Below are positions 63,409-64,000 of a stretch of DNA of 64,000 nucleotides, one piece after another. Both the position numbers and the translations under genes were made by a program. The notes under the pieces were generated by a model. It worked only from the letters and a program-made list of their open reading frames with translations. It was not told the origin of the DNA and did no database searches. This DNA comes from Tricharina praecox. Taxonomy: Eukaryota. Location of the stretch: contig NW_026250430.1 of assembly GCF_024521635.1 (NCBI RefSeq), positions 1 to 64,000 of the forward strand, given 5' to 3'. Positions within the stretch are counted from its first letter, which is position 1, and each line of letters opens with the position of its first letter.

Positions 63409-64000
63409 GGGGGATCCTGTGTGTTTTGTGCGTGTGCTTGTGTGTGTGGGTTTGTGTGTGGAGCGCGGGGGAGGACTTTTGATATTGGTTGGGGGCTTTG
63501 CGGTCGAAACACGTTTACGTTTACTCGGCCGTCTGTTCATCGTCATCTTGAAGCCCCTCGTTGCCCTGATCATACCTGGCCCGTCCGCTCGCCTGCTCGT
63601 TCGTCGCATCGCATCTTACATCGCATCCTTTTACATTTCGCCCATCCGTCCCGAAAGTTTCTTCTCTTCGCTTCGCTTACGATCCCCCCACCACCACCCC
63701 ACCTCACGATTCGCCCTAAAACTCTTGACCCCTCACCTCACCCCTCAGTGCTCACCGTTCTATTCTATTCTTCACTAGTTCGTTCTGTTTTACATCTCGT
63801 GTGTACGTGTGTGTTTTCTGCTCATTTTGAAGTCGGGAGGATTTACTCTATCTTCTGGGGGTCGGCGCGGCGGGGGGCGGGGGGCGGCAGGGGGAGTTAT
63901 GTTTTACTTTGGCGTTTTTATATCTGTTTTTGTATGTTTTTTCTGTCTGTCTGTTTCCGTTTTTCTGTGTGTTTTTTCTGTCTGTCTTCTGTCTGTTTTC

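Overview
Eukaryotic DNA from a filamentous ascomycete (short GT-AG introns with CTRAC-type branch points; a Pezizomycete origin is a guess). The window is gene-sparse. Recognisable genes are a secreted tyrosinase, a two-RRM-like protein, an HP1/Swi6-like protein with three chromodomains, a hotdog-fold thioesterase, a PL1 pectate lyase, a RING-only microprotein, a cytochrome P450 and a multi-pass membrane protein, plus several hypothetical proteins. There are four canonical tRNAs (Gly-TCC, Ala-TGC, intron-containing Phe-GAA, initiator Met). Three things stand out. (1) Two multicopy, non-canonical tRNA-like RNA families with Pol III-type A/B boxes: family A has 5 copies (~140 nt, structured, oligo-T end) and family B has 4 copies (~104 nt, tRNA-Gln-like shell with a replaced, covarying anticodon arm). 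Both were copied together with their flanks and occur twice as convergent A/B pairs inside a shuffled mosaic of repeat modules at 32-39 kb. (2) The HP1-like gene has three chromodomains, each split by a phase-2 intron at the same codon, and each has a degenerate aromatic cage. (3) There are hAT/MITE-like remnants and RIP-like decayed sequence. All calls are by eye; no searches or folding programs were run.
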